This document shows, one piece after another, positions 26,420-39,499 of a stretch of 64,000 bases of DNA. A program made the position numbers and the translations under genes. The DNA is from Phoronis australis (taxonomy: Eukaryota > Animalia > Phoronida): contig NMRA01000342.1 in NCBI GenBank assembly GCA_002633005.1, forward strand, positions 1-64,000, written 5' to 3'. The notes below the pieces were generated by a model, which saw only the letters and a program-made list of their open reading frames with translations, ran no database searches and had not been told where the DNA came from. Within the stretch, counting starts at the first letter, position 1. Each line of letters starts with the position of its first letter.

Positions 26420-27335
26420 TTGCACAATCTCATCCTAGCCATGTTGTTACTCAAAGTCTACTCAAATGGGGCCACGTCTTACGAAGAGCTGATGGTTTAC
26501 CTAAAGAGGGTCCTTCAACAACCCTGTCTCAAGGAGATGTTGACATATTTCTTCGTAGCAGGTCACCATAATTGTGTACCTGCGCTGGTGTAGCAGCTTT
26601 CAAAATAAACCAAACAACGAGGAAATTATCTAAGACTAGAAAACGATCATAGCGCCTCCATGTACGTTGTCTTAATTTGCACAATTTGTACTTAACTCCA
26701 TTCATAAATAAACAATAAACGGCTAGGCGCAATAACGTCAACCTAAACTACAACAAAAGTGGGACAAACGTACGATAAGTGTACGACTAAGGTTCCAAAC
26801 ACTTCTAGCAAGAAATTTATACAAAGTTTAGCAGCTTGAAAGAGTTCTTTCGAACTTTATATTGAAGTTTGCTGCCGTGTGGATCACCTGTCCAATAATG
26901 TCAAAAAGTTCTACAAGAAGCTGCGCACAGCTGTCAACACTTGGTTGACAAGACTGTAGTACCAGCTGACCAATTCGAATAACAGTCATACTGTATATCA
27001 AATTAGTGAAAGGTTCTGGGATTACAAGGAGCATTTTATGAGAGCCGAGCAATTAAATGGTCATGTGGTTAAAGATTTTCAGTTGGTGGGCCCACCTTGA
27101 TACTGCCATGGAGAACGGAAGTCATGTGGAATGAAGGCGGTGAAGAGCAAACGTCATGTAGTGGAGTGACAGGAAAAAGATTAAGTACAAGAAGGAAATG
27201 GTGGTCCTGGATGGGGATGACTAGAGAAAAATTAGGATATAGATTAGCACAGACCCGCTCACTGACCAGCAGTTATATCTCCATAACATCTGCATCTGGC
27301 GTTGAGTCGCTGTCCAGTTGCCTGTTAGCTGTAAG
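26420..27335 (+). pseudogene. Decayed coding fragments inside the Academ-like element, possibly its transposase
   Basis: HNLILAMLLLKVYSNGATSYEELMVYLKRVLQQPCLKEMLTYFFV; ELYIEVCCRVDHLSNNVKKFYKKLRTAVNTWLTRL*...FQLVGPP*YCHG; an upstream piece WAKHFGHKFHEGCIGTVEKAYGMEMQQLNAGAS at 25525-25625. No catalytic motif recognised. Confidence 0.4.
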
Positions 27336-27379
27336 ACAGCAATGTAACATTAACATAGCTGATATCTTTAACTATGAAC

Positions 27380-27720
27380 TTATTGAGTCCACTCTCAACA
27401 GCCCAGATCGGCAAATACGGCAGTCTGAGGAAGGGTGACAATGCCGTTTTGGTAAAATCTCTTCGCGTTATGTCCCAACTGAAATCATTCTGGTCCAGAG
27501 GTGGTGTTGGTTGCTGGAGTCCACTTTTTGTAGCAGGTTGTTTGGAGGGTTCCGGAAACACAGGAGATTTAGGTAAAGTGACTCGTGGTCCATTGCCTTG
27601 AAGCTGTTCTCTATGAACACCGATCGACGCATGGGGGGTTGAAATTTTCTCGAGAACCAGTGAGTCATCAATCCTCAGTAGAAGAAGCCAGGCGGCTCCG
27701 CAAAGTCGGGAAATTTACAT
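27380..27720 (-). pseudogene. Decayed unknown gene convergent with the previous ORF
   Basis: One frame with two stops: CKFPDFAEPPGFFY*GLMTHWFSRKFQPPMRRSVFIENSFKAMDHESLYLNLLCFRNPPNNLLQKVDSSNQHHLWTRMISVGT*REEILPKRHCHPSSDCRICRSG. Confidence 0.5.
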
Positions 27721-27842
27721 TATTTTATAGGTCCAGAAGTCATAGTTTTACCTGGATTAATAATAGTGCCCATCCAGTCTATTACGTACATGTATGTGTA
27801 AGGATTACGCGTAATCTATACATACACCCCTATTCACTGTCA

Positions 27843-28040
27843 GGAGACAGTGTGGCATTGTGCCCTTCCTCTACTCAAGGTTGTGTTTTCGAGTCACACG
27901 GGGCACACTGCTGGTCGCTTGAGTCAAGCCCCTAGATCCTCAGCTCTGTTTCAACTAATAAAGCATAAAGATGATCCACGGTGATCAGTGCGATGGCCGG
28001 CTTCCTGAGCGACATGCGTAGGTCTGGCACAACAATATTT
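27843..28040 (+). mobile_element. tRNA-derived SINE, family of the 52750 copy
   Basis: cagtgtggc...ttcgagtc...ggggcacactgctgg..cttgagtcaag...gatcagtg...atgg is shared with 52750-52980. Confidence 0.75.
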
Positions 28041-31000
28041 TAAACCAATTATTGAGATATTGAGAGGATATCTTATTCCAGTATTTAGCTATCCCTTATT
28101 CTTGATATAATGAAATCACAGAGATGATAATTCCGCATTTCTCATAAATTTGACATTGTTTCGACGCGCAAAAGCCCGAATTTTCCTCGTTTCAGTCCAA
28201 CATGACCTTTCATTTGACCTTGACATTGACTTGGCATCCATAAAATAATATCAGAAATGGACTTTCCGTCCCAAAAGCATTGGAAACTATAAATTTCAGG
28301 ATCCTACAGGTCTCTGGTTCTGAGTGTGGAAACTAGGCGAAATTCAAGATGGCGGAAGCCGCCATCTTGAATTATAAAAAATGCTCAAAGTTGCACAAAT
28401 TGCAACCAACTTAATTTTGTTCTCCTAACCACATATTATAATAAATTTCCAAAAGAAAACGTTATAGTACACAGCATTGCAGGGTCAACTTTTTGGCAAC
28501 TAGACTATCTTGATTAAGAGACCAACTGAACACCGCGGTTGATCTTAGCGCACGCAGAATATGATGATGCACGTTCGATACCCTCTTTCTTGCGTTTCCA
28601 ACCTCACACCAATCCTGTCAAATCTAAGTTCAACTGCAGAGAAGTTGCAAGGAAAGAGGAACGCTGAGAATAAATGTGTTTATAAGTCTTTATTTTTCCT
28701 TGTGAAGCTCGGGACCACGACAGTGAACTCAGATACCTAATGCAAAAAATAACGCCCAGTATTTTGATCGAACTCAACTAAAGAAAGTTGAAATTCTGAG
28801 AGACAACAACAGTGCAATTGCGTCTATAATGTATTAAGTGGTGTACAACTGTTGTTCAACGGTTAAAGAAGCATGTGACCTCCTGCTTCTATCAAACGGT
28901 CCACCATTAGAAATATGAAGTATCTTCTGCCACCTTTTAAGTTGGAATTGTACGTACAATAAAATCAATTGTTGGCTAATGGTTATGGGAGTAAGCTTTG
29001 CGAAAAGTCTATTTCGCTATTTCTGAAAAATTTCTTCTCACTTAACCTTAAAGGTGTCAAACATGTGACTGGGTTACTTTCTTGTGTCCATAAATTGAAC
29101 TTCCATAAATGTTAACACTACACTAATTTTGTTTGAAAGATTTATTGAATACACGACATTCAGAATTGTTACATGTGGGACATTTAAGCCATAAGGAAAC
29201 TTGTTCATCTCAAAGGGTTAGCGAGGTTCGGGATAACGTGCTTACCTGTCAATCACTGGTTGACTGCTGACAGAAACAGGGAAAACACAGTGCCTTGGGA
29301 TAAGGCTTAAAAACACCACATAAAGAAAAATATAAACTGGTGATCAATCCCTTTTTAATACATGATAAAACCAAATACTCTGAACAAAACTAAATATGTC
29401 AAATCTAAGAAACGTCACGGATTTTTAGACCTTTGCTGGCTCGCTGATTGCGGGTTCATAAGATGTCTTGGTTAGTTTTTCCGTCAAAGGACCAGACGCA
29501 TAGTGTACTGGGTACAGTTGTTTGCGGGACATTTTCATTTTTTGCATTAGCAATTCAAGTTGGCTTCAGAAACGTTGAGTAGCAGCGCAACAAAGCTTTA
29601 TTCACTTAAAAGGGCACTCATTCGTTTAAACTGGTAAACACTCACCCTATTAGAACATGTCCGGTACAGTCTAAATGCTTCGCTGTTGGATGACATCTTA
29701 CGTCAATTGCCACCTTGATATTAATTACAAGACATTGAAATGCTTTCATAGTGACCGGCAAAACTTGGATACATTACTGCTAACTTTTTCTCATTTCGGA
29801 TTAAAAATTCGGTATTTTCATCTACTCGTGGGCTTTCTATTTCTTTTAACTAAAACCCACAAGTGGTTCATTAGTACATGTACCTCTAGTTTAAAAAACG
29901 GTTCAACTTTTCAAATTCTATCAATTCGCCTTTTTATGAAACCGAATCGTGCAATCATGTTCCTTTTGTACTGGTTGTAAATCTTCAAAACCTGCGCATT
30001 AACAAAATTTAATAATCTAGCTACACTCGTACATGAACATTGCTCCTACCGTATACGGTGATGCAAGCTAACTGTAATCGACGTCAGAATGATCTTCTCC
30101 CTGCAATTGTATCACAGCTTCGACCGATAACTCAACTAAAGGACAACTGAAACTTGATTGCACATCGCGACTTTTTGAGGACTTTTTCAATGTTCATGTC
30201 ATGACAAGGTCACGTCGTCTTTCTGTCAAATCCTGGTTATCATTTTCCAATTCGGTTTAATTCTCAAAGAATTTCTAATCCAATTACTTTGCTTTGTTCA
30301 GTATAGAATTGTGTCGCTTCATGGTTTGTTACTTGACAAGTCAGTCTGGGTTGTTCTTTATTTGCAACTCTCTGCATGTACGCAACATAACAAGGGAAGC
30401 ACGCGCGAGGTTTACATTCTAGAAGTTGTCTGGTCAACGAAATATATCGAACATGTAAACGCAGATGAATACATGTACGAGCTCGCGAACGAATGGTGAG
30501 ATTATGCGCGTTTGTATTTCTCACAAATCTCGTGCGCGTTTGAAGTGGATCTAGCTTACCCCCAAATCGTTGTCGAGCTCCCTCAGGGTCTCAGTTCCAT
30601 TAATCTTTGTAGAGCGCAGACATTTAATGATGAGGTATAAAGACACACAAGTACAATTCGACTTGTGATACAATTTCCTCTATTGAGTCGTTCCTGAGGA
30701 TCTGGAAAATGTCATTATATGACACGTACATGTACGTGTGTGTTCATAGACAAAACCAAAACACGTGAGGCATGCCCTCGAATCCTACAGAATGTTACAT
30801 AATTTTTTAGCCGCATAAGCTGCCGACAACTGTCATTAACGTATCAACCTGTAATTTGAGATGAACAATCACAGCCCATTGCGAAGACACGGGTATATAA
30901 CAACCGGAACAATCCACGCTCCAAGCGACACTAGCACCGTATGTTCTGTTTCATTTGACGTTTTTAAGGAGCGTTCTCTGGGCCTATGTACGGAAATTCC

Positions 31001-31609
31001 CGGAGGAGGTAAGTATTTTGCAAAATACGAGTGCTTCGTGTTTCCAAGGTCATTATTACAATGTAATTACTTACACAAGATGTCGACAATTTATTGTCGC
31101 TACTACATCGACATATAATTTGAGTAAAAAACAAAGATAATCATTGCAAATAACTGGAAGTCTTAGCAACCAGAATGACGTAGGCTCCTAGTCTGATCCT
31201 TCCAGCGAAAATAATAAGCAAGTCTACAGTTGAGATTTTATAATTTTTGTAAAAAATCAAACGCCGCAGAAAACGAAAACGAAAGGATACTTTGAAAGAC
31301 CTCTACAATTTCAGGTGAAAATATCACCTTAAACGTTTACATGAATGTACATATTACATGAAATTTGGTTATGTTAAAGTGTACACAACATGACTCTAGT
31401 ACCTCAAAATAAATTTTATTATTATATCTTACTTGATTTCAGTGCCTTTAGTGCACAGCTCATAAAGTAACACGCAAAAATTGAAAAAAATAATAATTAT
31501 GTACAACGTCATGGGTTGAACCCAGGTCGTTCACCATACCGTTCGGATCAGAGACAAAGTGTATAGAGTGAAGAGAATGCAAAGTACATTTAGCGTCGAG
31601 AAGGTTCGT

Positions 31610-31815
31610 AGAGGGATCAAAAGATGTGTTTCCGGAGGCTGCAGCAACAGCAGCCAGGCGGAAAACGTCTCGGTGTTCCGAAGGACACCAAAGTTGCGCA
31701 GAAGTGGCATGACTTCGTGCGCCGAACGAGAGTGTGGGACGTCATCGTGGACCAAGCGATTCGGTCCGGGGCCACTCTGTGTTCTGCCCACTTTGAGGAC
31801 TCGTGTTTCGACTCC
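31610..31815 (+). pseudogene. THAP zinc-finger domain (Kolobok transposase N-terminus), frameshifted
   Basis: KRCVSGGCSNS...VSV [frameshift] PKDTKVAQKWHDFVRRTR...LCSAHFEDSCF gives the C-x4-C...P...W...CxxHF THAP signature. Confidence 0.85.
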
Positions 31816-31863
31816 AGTCACAGGAGACGATGAAGGCCTGGTTCAATAAAGGACAATATTTAT

Positions 31864-32131
31864 CATTCAGAAACATCAGCTCTTAATTCAGGATCGTCTG
31901 TTGGATGACTGGGTTGACTCGCCGAGCCCGAGGCCGCTTCTCTCGCGGGAGGATCCAGTTCATAAGGCTCAAAGTAGAAAAGTACGCAGCCGGAAGCACA
32001 TTAAACTTGTTCTCGCTTTCGTGCAACCCCATTTCCTCATCCTGGCCACCATTCTCATACGTTTCTTCATAGTATTCGTTCAATTCTTGCTCTTAATCGT
32101 CGTCACTTTCAAATTCCCTGGTCTCCGCCAT
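31864..32131 (-). pseudogene. First exon of the Kolobok second ORF (KolX-like, related to the P2X7 cytoplasmic Cys-rich domain)
   Basis: ATG at 32131: MAETREFESDDD*EQELNEYYEE... [frameshift] EPYELDPPARE...LRADVSE then tgataaata (probably a decayed W|GT donor). Acidic N-terminus, PYxxxP and R..xxxW order fit this ORF family. Confidence 0.6.
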
Positions 32132-32375
32132 TGTTCAATGCTAGTCACTGATCTCTTGTGTTCAACCCATGACGTCACATGGCGGGAAATGTGAAAATTG
32201 GCACAATTGAAAGAAAAATCAAAATTTTGAGCTAATTACACAAAATAAACATAGGTTTAGCTAAATTTTACGTCATACATTTAGTCTGTGGTCACCGGTA
32301 ATTCAAAATGTGCAAAAATCCATGGTGTGTACTGTTTAATGATAACGATGCCACATTTTCCTTAGTTTGAATAAG

Positions 32376-32400
32376 GATATATACACACACACATATATAT

Positions 32401-32477
<77 letters not shown>

Positions 32478-32478
32478 A
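32376..32478. repeat. (CA)n(TA)n(TG)n microsatellite
   Basis: Direct dinucleotide runs. Confidence 0.95.
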
Positions 32479-33394
32479 TCACGTGATCATAATAATGGCA
32501 AATTAAAGTAAACAATGAAATTCCGCCGGTTTGAACAACCCCCCCCCGGAGTAAAAGGACTGTGGGAAAAAATAATAAATTACTCAGAGAAGTAAGGAGG
32601 GCAATCATGTTTCGAGGGCGGCATTATAGACCCGNAACCGATGATTCTTACATGTACTTTTATTAATACCCATCTTTCAGGAACCTTTAAAAACACAATA
32701 CGTACAGGTGAAACGGATCTAGCACCCGTCCTGACCCCTAATCGTTATACGCGGAGATAGAAACTTTTTTTCGACGTTTTACGTTTGCGTATGGCAAATT
32801 TGATTCCAATGAAGTTTCAAAGTGATCTATCAAAATACATCAGCCTACAACTGATACGCATGGAGTAATCGTTGTATCCGTACAGGAACAAGGAAACGGA
32901 TCTAGAGCATATCACGCGTCAACGAATGAGGAAGCAACGTGGAAAGCATCGTGATACAATCTACATGTATGTCAAAGTACTTCAAATGGATTAGTCAGAA
33001 TCTCCTCTCCTGCCGTAGAGACTTGTATTGGCATCGAGTGAGTCGGAAGTTAAAAAGATACCAAACCCGGTTTTAGCCAATAAGATAAACTCACGACTTT
33101 CCCATCCAATTACCTGAAACAAAATAATGCTGTGTAACCCTTGACAACCCTCAAAATTTTGGAGGAAAATTTGAAAACTCCTTACAAAGTCTGCTAAAGG
33201 GGAAAGCGTAGCATACGCTTTCGGCGAACTGTGGGACCCCCATGTGGGACCCCCACAGTCTTTTTAAAAGACCACTCACCAAGGGCCATAACCTCCAATG
33301 AGTGACATAAGGAGTATAAGTTTTCAGCCGATTCCTCAGTGCATTTAACTTGAATATTGACGTCAATGGTGCAGTTAAGCATAATGTGATAGAG

Positions 33395-33500
33395 AGGCAG
33401 TGTGGCCCAGTGTGATATATTATTTAAGCATAAAATGACTCCAGGTGATCAGTGCAATGGGACCACGTGCGCGGCCTGCACACGTCTGCAATTATTTTAA
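33395..33500 (+). mobile_element. Internally deleted copy of the tRNA-SINE family
   Basis: aggcagtgtggcccag head joined to gcataaaatgactccaggtgatcagtgcaatgggaccac...cacgtctgcaattatttt tail. Confidence 0.65.
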
Positions 33501-35884
33501 TTATCATGTGACATAACGTGGATCGGTGGAACTCATCAAAACATTGTTTAATATCCTGTTAAGCTTCATTTCGCTCTGTTTAGATAGATAAAAACGAAAA
33601 TCGAATTTACTCATATCACTTACGAATTTATTGGTAATATCAATTGCATTTAAACCATTAACTACTCAATAAAACAATGCAGAGTATATTGTGGTTGGCC
33701 AACAATACAACTGCGGATTCAAAAATGGTGCATGTTTGTATGTTTACATTGCCCTTGACTTGAGTTGCCATGTCACTCGACAGCAATAATTCAAGATTGC
33801 ATAGGCGTTGTAATGTTTTTAAACCTCATTACTCTTCAGTCAAGGATCCAATATTGACAGTTAAACTGAGGAGAAATGCTACTCTGAAAAGGTGAAAACA
33901 TGCATCTTTCAAAGCTTCATCTCGAACTCGAGTAAAAGTTGATGAGCGACTGAAAACAGGGATTAAGTTAAAGTTTCAACTAATTACAATCGCTGACAGT
34001 TTCACTTAGATTGAAGTAGTGGATTTTTTTGCCTCCTTTTGGTTTTCCGTAAAATACCATTTCGGGGAGCTTGCTCTTATTTCCATACTATGAAATTTAT
34101 ACACAGTTAACTTCTGGTTCCCAAAACGCGCGTACCGGCTGGAATTAAATTCGGTAATATTGCAATGAGTTGAACAGTACATGAACATATCCATGTTTCC
34201 AATACTCACTAATTAAGAGAAAGACGAAGGGCAGCACCTAAAGTGACGCGACCCAAACAATCATAAATGTGTAGTTTCCCCGATTACTGCCAACCCTCAT
34301 TACTTGCACTTCGTTAACTGGTCACAGTGCAACTAAACTTTGTAACTTCCGAGTGTGTGACTCTAGCTTTCTTGAAAGCTCTGCATGGTTTCCCAGAACA
34401 TATTAACCAGTTCATATATTGCCTCGGTGAGAAATCGTGACCACATTCATTAAATTCTAATAAGGCCGTTGTATGTTAATTTACATTTGTTTCCGTTATT
34501 GTCAGCAACATTTTACCGCATTCTAGTGTTGTGGTCCCCAACATAAATTGGGACTTCGTTTGGTAAAAAAATGGGCATAACTCCAACTCGCAACCCACTT
34601 TCACTAACCAGGGGCTATGAAAAGCGAAGTCTACGATATCGCCAGTAGGTGTTCACCTGAATGAAACGCTCAAGATTAATGTTTAATTGACATAAGTGAA
34701 TAATTATATACCTGAATGACAAGAGCGTCAAGGAAGCTAACATCTAACTAGTCACGCCAACACTGAAACAGTGAAAGCAACTGGGTCAGAGAGTGTAGGA
34801 TTTAGACTTATAGACATGAAATCTAGCGAAAACATCAACCACTTCATCTCATTGACAATCAACTTTCCAGGAAATGTACGAGTAAGGACGTCCATGCTTT
34901 TTGACCGTGTTTCACAAGGCCACCACAAAAGCATTTAATAACAGGATAAATAACCTAGGTCCCTCTAGGACTGCAAGGTCATTTGTATAAACTGTGCACT
35001 TTTCCTTCGAATACAGCGTTTCCTCGTACGATAATACTCCACTTCTTGAAGGGTGTATAATGAGCGCCATCTTGTCGGCTGTGTGATCTATCCATACGTC
35101 ATTTTAGTTTACACGTTTTCTGTGTTCAAACGTTATTGTCAACTGTTGGCATTTATTTCGCGCAATTTATACGTGTTATTTTACTGAAATGCGGTCAGTT
35201 TTCGCCACGTAGTTACCACATACGGATATTATCACTCGAACAGGGATGACATTTTCTAAAACATCGGACATGAATGACAAGTGACCGTTCATGTTTTGAT
35301 AATAAAATTCTGCAGCTTCTTCTGTTCATAAATTCACCCGATAACAGCATGAGTTTGTAACTGTGACTTTCCGGTTGTCTGCTCGGCTGATCAAATCAAG
35401 TTTAATTCCATTTCATTATTTTTATTTTGTCATTTTTGTTCACCAAAAGAACCTCTTGAGGCGCTGTTAAAGGCAGTTAGCGATTGAAATATGATCACAC
35501 ATACTATAATTTCCCAAATGACAGAGCCTTATTTTCCCGTTCAAATTAAAATGATATTAATGCGGAGATTCATGGGATTTTGAGGCATCAACAATTTCCC
35601 TTTCGACTTAAAAAAAAACACCGTCGGTGGCTTTGAGGTGTTACGTCTCACATTCGACAAACAAAACGCTTTCGAGTTTTTTTTGTGTGTTGCGGAGAAC
35701 ATCTCACTCTTGCGTTTTGACATAGACCCACCTGTGCTGCTTTTCAACTTGGTTGTCCCGTTTCCTCCTTCTCAAATGTGAACAACCATGCAACAAGTGT
35801 ACACAGTAATACTGTCTCTCTGTCTTGGATATTGTTACACAACAGAGTACTCTCTCTTCAGCTACATAACAATCGTAAAAATGG

Positions 35885-36280
35885 GATGGTTATACACCCA
35901 ATCGACCCCCACAACCCCCCTCGATTCACGACCCCCACGACCCACGACCACCTCGACCCACGACCACAATTCCCTCGACCCAGTCTACACCAACTCGATT
36001 CGATCGGAACATAGAAGAAGCGCTCACTTGCAGGACCAAAGAGTCTGGCGGTGAGCTCGACTGGTTTTCCTTTTTTTTTTTGAGGTAAAGAATGTCGATT
36101 CGACAAGTTTGAAAGATAAAACATAAAGAAAAAACGTGACCAAATCAAATCACAAACCGTCTCGTTCCCGGCAGGGTGCCGTCTGCTCTTCAGGGAATGG
36201 TAAAATCAAGTTATTTGGGAGAGTGCGAAAAGGCTACGAATATGTAATCTCCAGAGTTTGAAAAAAGCAACTGTTAACTA
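35885..36280 (+). mobile_element. One-ended copy of the CGACC-repeat element
   Basis: cgacccacgacc array followed by ccagtctacac...catagaa...acttgcaggaccaaa...gtctgctc...ggagagtgcga, collinear with 41921-42220. Confidence 0.8.
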
Positions 36281-36349
36281 AAAAAGCATCTGGGAGTTAC
36301 GAAGTTCAATTATAATATAACAACAAATACTTTTGAATGACTTGCTAGC

Positions 36350-39322
36350 GACTAAATTATTCACAACTTTGAGGGGTCCATAGTCTAAAATATTGGTCTT
36401 GATAGCGTAGAAACCTTTTGAATCATTGAAATTATTTCCCTACCGGTTTAATTGGTCATTTATGAAACGTTTCTGGTAACTTTTATGTTACTGTTACACG
36501 TTGTTATTTTTCGCATTCTGGTAACACTCTTGGTTTATAGAATTAAAAAAGATTTTTAAACCGGTCAGGTACATGTATGATAATTATTCATGAATTATGT
36601 CTTCCGATGCAGTTCGCTTGAAAAGCCCTGAACTTCCGGAAAGTTTTGGTGACAGTAAAATCCATAGAAATAACCAACACCGGAACAAGCGAATGCAAAC
36701 AAATGCCAAGCACGTGTGGCGCAACCTCACCAGCGAGAGATTGATGTTTGCATTCCAGACCTAGGCTTCAATGGTTTAAAAAAACTCGGTGACCTCTGTG
36801 AATTACACAAAGCATGCGGTTTTGTGACCATAAAATATGTATACTTTGTTCAAGAATTATGAAGATCGTTAGGCAAGCATTGTTGATGAGGACGAGTACA
36901 GTACAAGAAGGAGAATCGCATCTATCCATCAGGGTATGATTTTTATGGCCGTGTACAGTGTATATGCGCGTATCTAGCGGCTTAATTTGCTCAAAACATG
37001 TGTACTGGCACGTAAACAAACTGGACAATTCTACCACTTAAATTCTGAATACTTGAAGATACCTGAATATCGGATATTCCTTCTACCAGGAAGAGATAAC
37101 CAGGAAGGGACAACTGTTTTAGCGCATTTTAGCGGATATTCAAAATTGATTTCAAAAGTAAATGTTAAAGTCGTCTGGAATCCAAGCGTTGTGTTTGAAA
37201 GCTTAACTCTTTAGCTATAAAATGACACCACTTTGGTCCCCAAAGACTGCATATTAATGGCACTAGGATGCTTTGAACATGACTTGTTTTACCCTTAAAA
37301 AGATGCCTCTTCCCAGGCATGTACTCGGGCATGATCCTCTTTTTTGAACCAACAGATGTCACTTATATATGCAAATGAGGCTCGCATCTCCTACGTCATA
37401 TGACGTCATACGATGTCATACGACGCGAACTTCCAATTTGAACCCTCCGGTGCCTATAGCGAATGACTTGAAACGCAGTTCTACCTNTCCTGCTTCTACA
37501 CAATTCCGAGCTGGTGGCGGTATTTCTCCGGGTGCTTCTCCAGATGTCGCTGCCGGCACTATAAGTTTTCTATTACATTTGCACAAACTAGGAATTTTGT
37601 CACTTCATCTTTTCGGGATAAATCAAGATCAAACTCGTGCACGCACGCAACGTGTTCAGTTCCAAACGTGACCCTTTCTCGTGAAAGTTTGTTGAAGTAG
37701 GGTACCTATGTTTCTGCTGGTTGCCTCCAGATACAACAAAGTCCGCACTCGTGTATGATGGGGAGGGGGTGTGAAATTGACTACTACACGGGTAAAAGGC
37801 AAAAATAGTGGTAATAAGGAGAATTCGGAAATTTAGAAAGTCAACTATAGGTGGGTTAGACACTCCAAACCTAAGAATATGGAAAAGGGTTGTGAACCGG
37901 GTACTTGAAAAATTCATTTGAGTAAGAATATAGATTTAAAAAACAGATTTTCTAAACTTGGTCGAGAATCTTTAGGTTACGTATTTTTCCAAGACCAGAA
38001 TTCTGTTTCATATTCCAAAGAGAACGTCCATGTATTTGTTGTAGTCTAAATTATTATTTAGCTTCTAACCTCAGTTTTTCTTCCAAACTCATTGTTCATT
38101 TTACTTGCGAGTGTAGTCAATTTCCATGACCACTTGTTTGACAGTTCTTGGTGACGCGACAGGATCGACGTGGCTCACCTCCGAGTGAACTCAACTCTCA
38201 GACCACATACAGTGTAATGAAAGCTGACGTGCATCATAATAGTCATTGCGCGGTACTCGATGTAACACAGAAAAGAGAATTACTGTTCAAGAAGCAAAAC
38301 GTGTAAATTAATGAGGGTTCCCTAATGTAATTATGTTTTTCGAGCTCTGAAAAAATCACGTTGATAATAGGCACTTTCTCGAAAGTTCAGCTGACTAAGA
38401 CAACACGCCATTGTTTACTTTCTAAAAATAGCAACAGTTCGCCAGTGAGATTCTAGAAGGAGTTAGCTTTAACCCACTCAACCATGACACACAAGTCTTT
38501 GAACAATGCCCAACAACACTTATTCCAGTACGTTTTCAAAAAGATCAATCGCACTCAGAACTTACACTTGAAATGCCTAGTGACAATCACAGATGTGTTT
38601 CGAAAATGTAATTACATTTATTCGTTGAACTTGCTGTAATACTGTGGTTGTAATTGCACTTCACAGTAAATGTGTTGTCGGCCTTCCTATACACCGACGA
38701 GACATTTTGCAGTACAAGTGCCTATACATGTAGGTATAATTTAACATAAACATTTCAAAGAGTCCATTGTGAATCAACCTGTCGTGCCGTATTGTCTCAG
38801 GTATTGTCTAGGTTAGTTAATGAAATGGTCCTAATTAAGTTGTCACAAAGGTTGTATGTTGTCCGATCTAGCACCACTAAATGTTGAGCTGCGCATGCGT
38901 AAGAGTTGCTTCCATTCTTTTTTTCTTCCGCTGTGTGCGTTCTTGCTATGGAATTTACTGTCATTAAAACTTTTCACAACTCCGCTGTTTTTCAACCGAA
39001 TTGCAAAAGCGCCATATCCTCAGAAATCCCTTTGCCAGTTCTTGATGCTTATATCAGAAGCAAAAGATAAATAACCTAATTCATAAGTGGATTATGATTT
39101 CGTATGCTTGACTGGTTTAAAAATATATTTTAATTCTAAAAACCAAGAGTGTTACCAAACTCAGCGCGTAATAACAACATAAAAATGAAATGATGCAGAC
39201 GTTATATACTTGATTATTTAAACCATTAGGGAAATAATTGCAATGATTCAAAACGTTTCCACCCTATAAGGACAAAGATTTTAGAATATGGATCCCTCAA
39301 ACGTGCCGTGGATAATATAGTG
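36350..39322. mobile_element. Pair of ~220-bp inverted repeats 2.5 kb apart (old TIR element or two independent copies)
   Basis: 36350-36568 matches the reverse complement of 39108-39322 (ttttgaatcattg.aattatttcccta; tggtaacactcttggttt.tagaattaaaa). No TSD. Confidence 0.6.
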
Positions 39323-39499
39323 AAACATTCATCCAAATTTTACATCTTCATATATTATCATTAATGGGCTTTTAGTGCCGTTTAATACAATTATTCAGTA
39401 AACAGTCAGAACGCACTGGCCTTTACGAAAAATGCGATAAACTACTCCAACTATCTATCCCAATGTTGCAGATAAAGGTTTTCTGATACCGAGATTAAA

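Larger units (their letters stand above)
25095..28507. mobile_element. Academ-like element with ~310-bp degenerate TIRs and 3-bp TSD TCT
   Basis: tct|taatctagttgcca ... tggcaactagacta|tct. 25095-25410 aligns inverted with 28200-28507 (ccctgcaatg, agaacaaaatta, aattcaagatggcgg.ttccgccat, agtccatttctg, tcaaggtcaaa). Confidence 0.85.
31378..32335. mobile_element. Non-autonomous Kolobok transposon with TTAA TSD
   Basis: ttaa|agtgtacacaacatg ... catggtgtgtactgt|ttaa. Contains convergent stubs of the THAP transposase and the second Kolobok ORF. Confidence 0.85.

Noticed and set aside
35778-36148. Pro/Thr-rich ORFs (also 41908-42819)
   Set aside because: They arise from CGACC subterminal repeat arrays.
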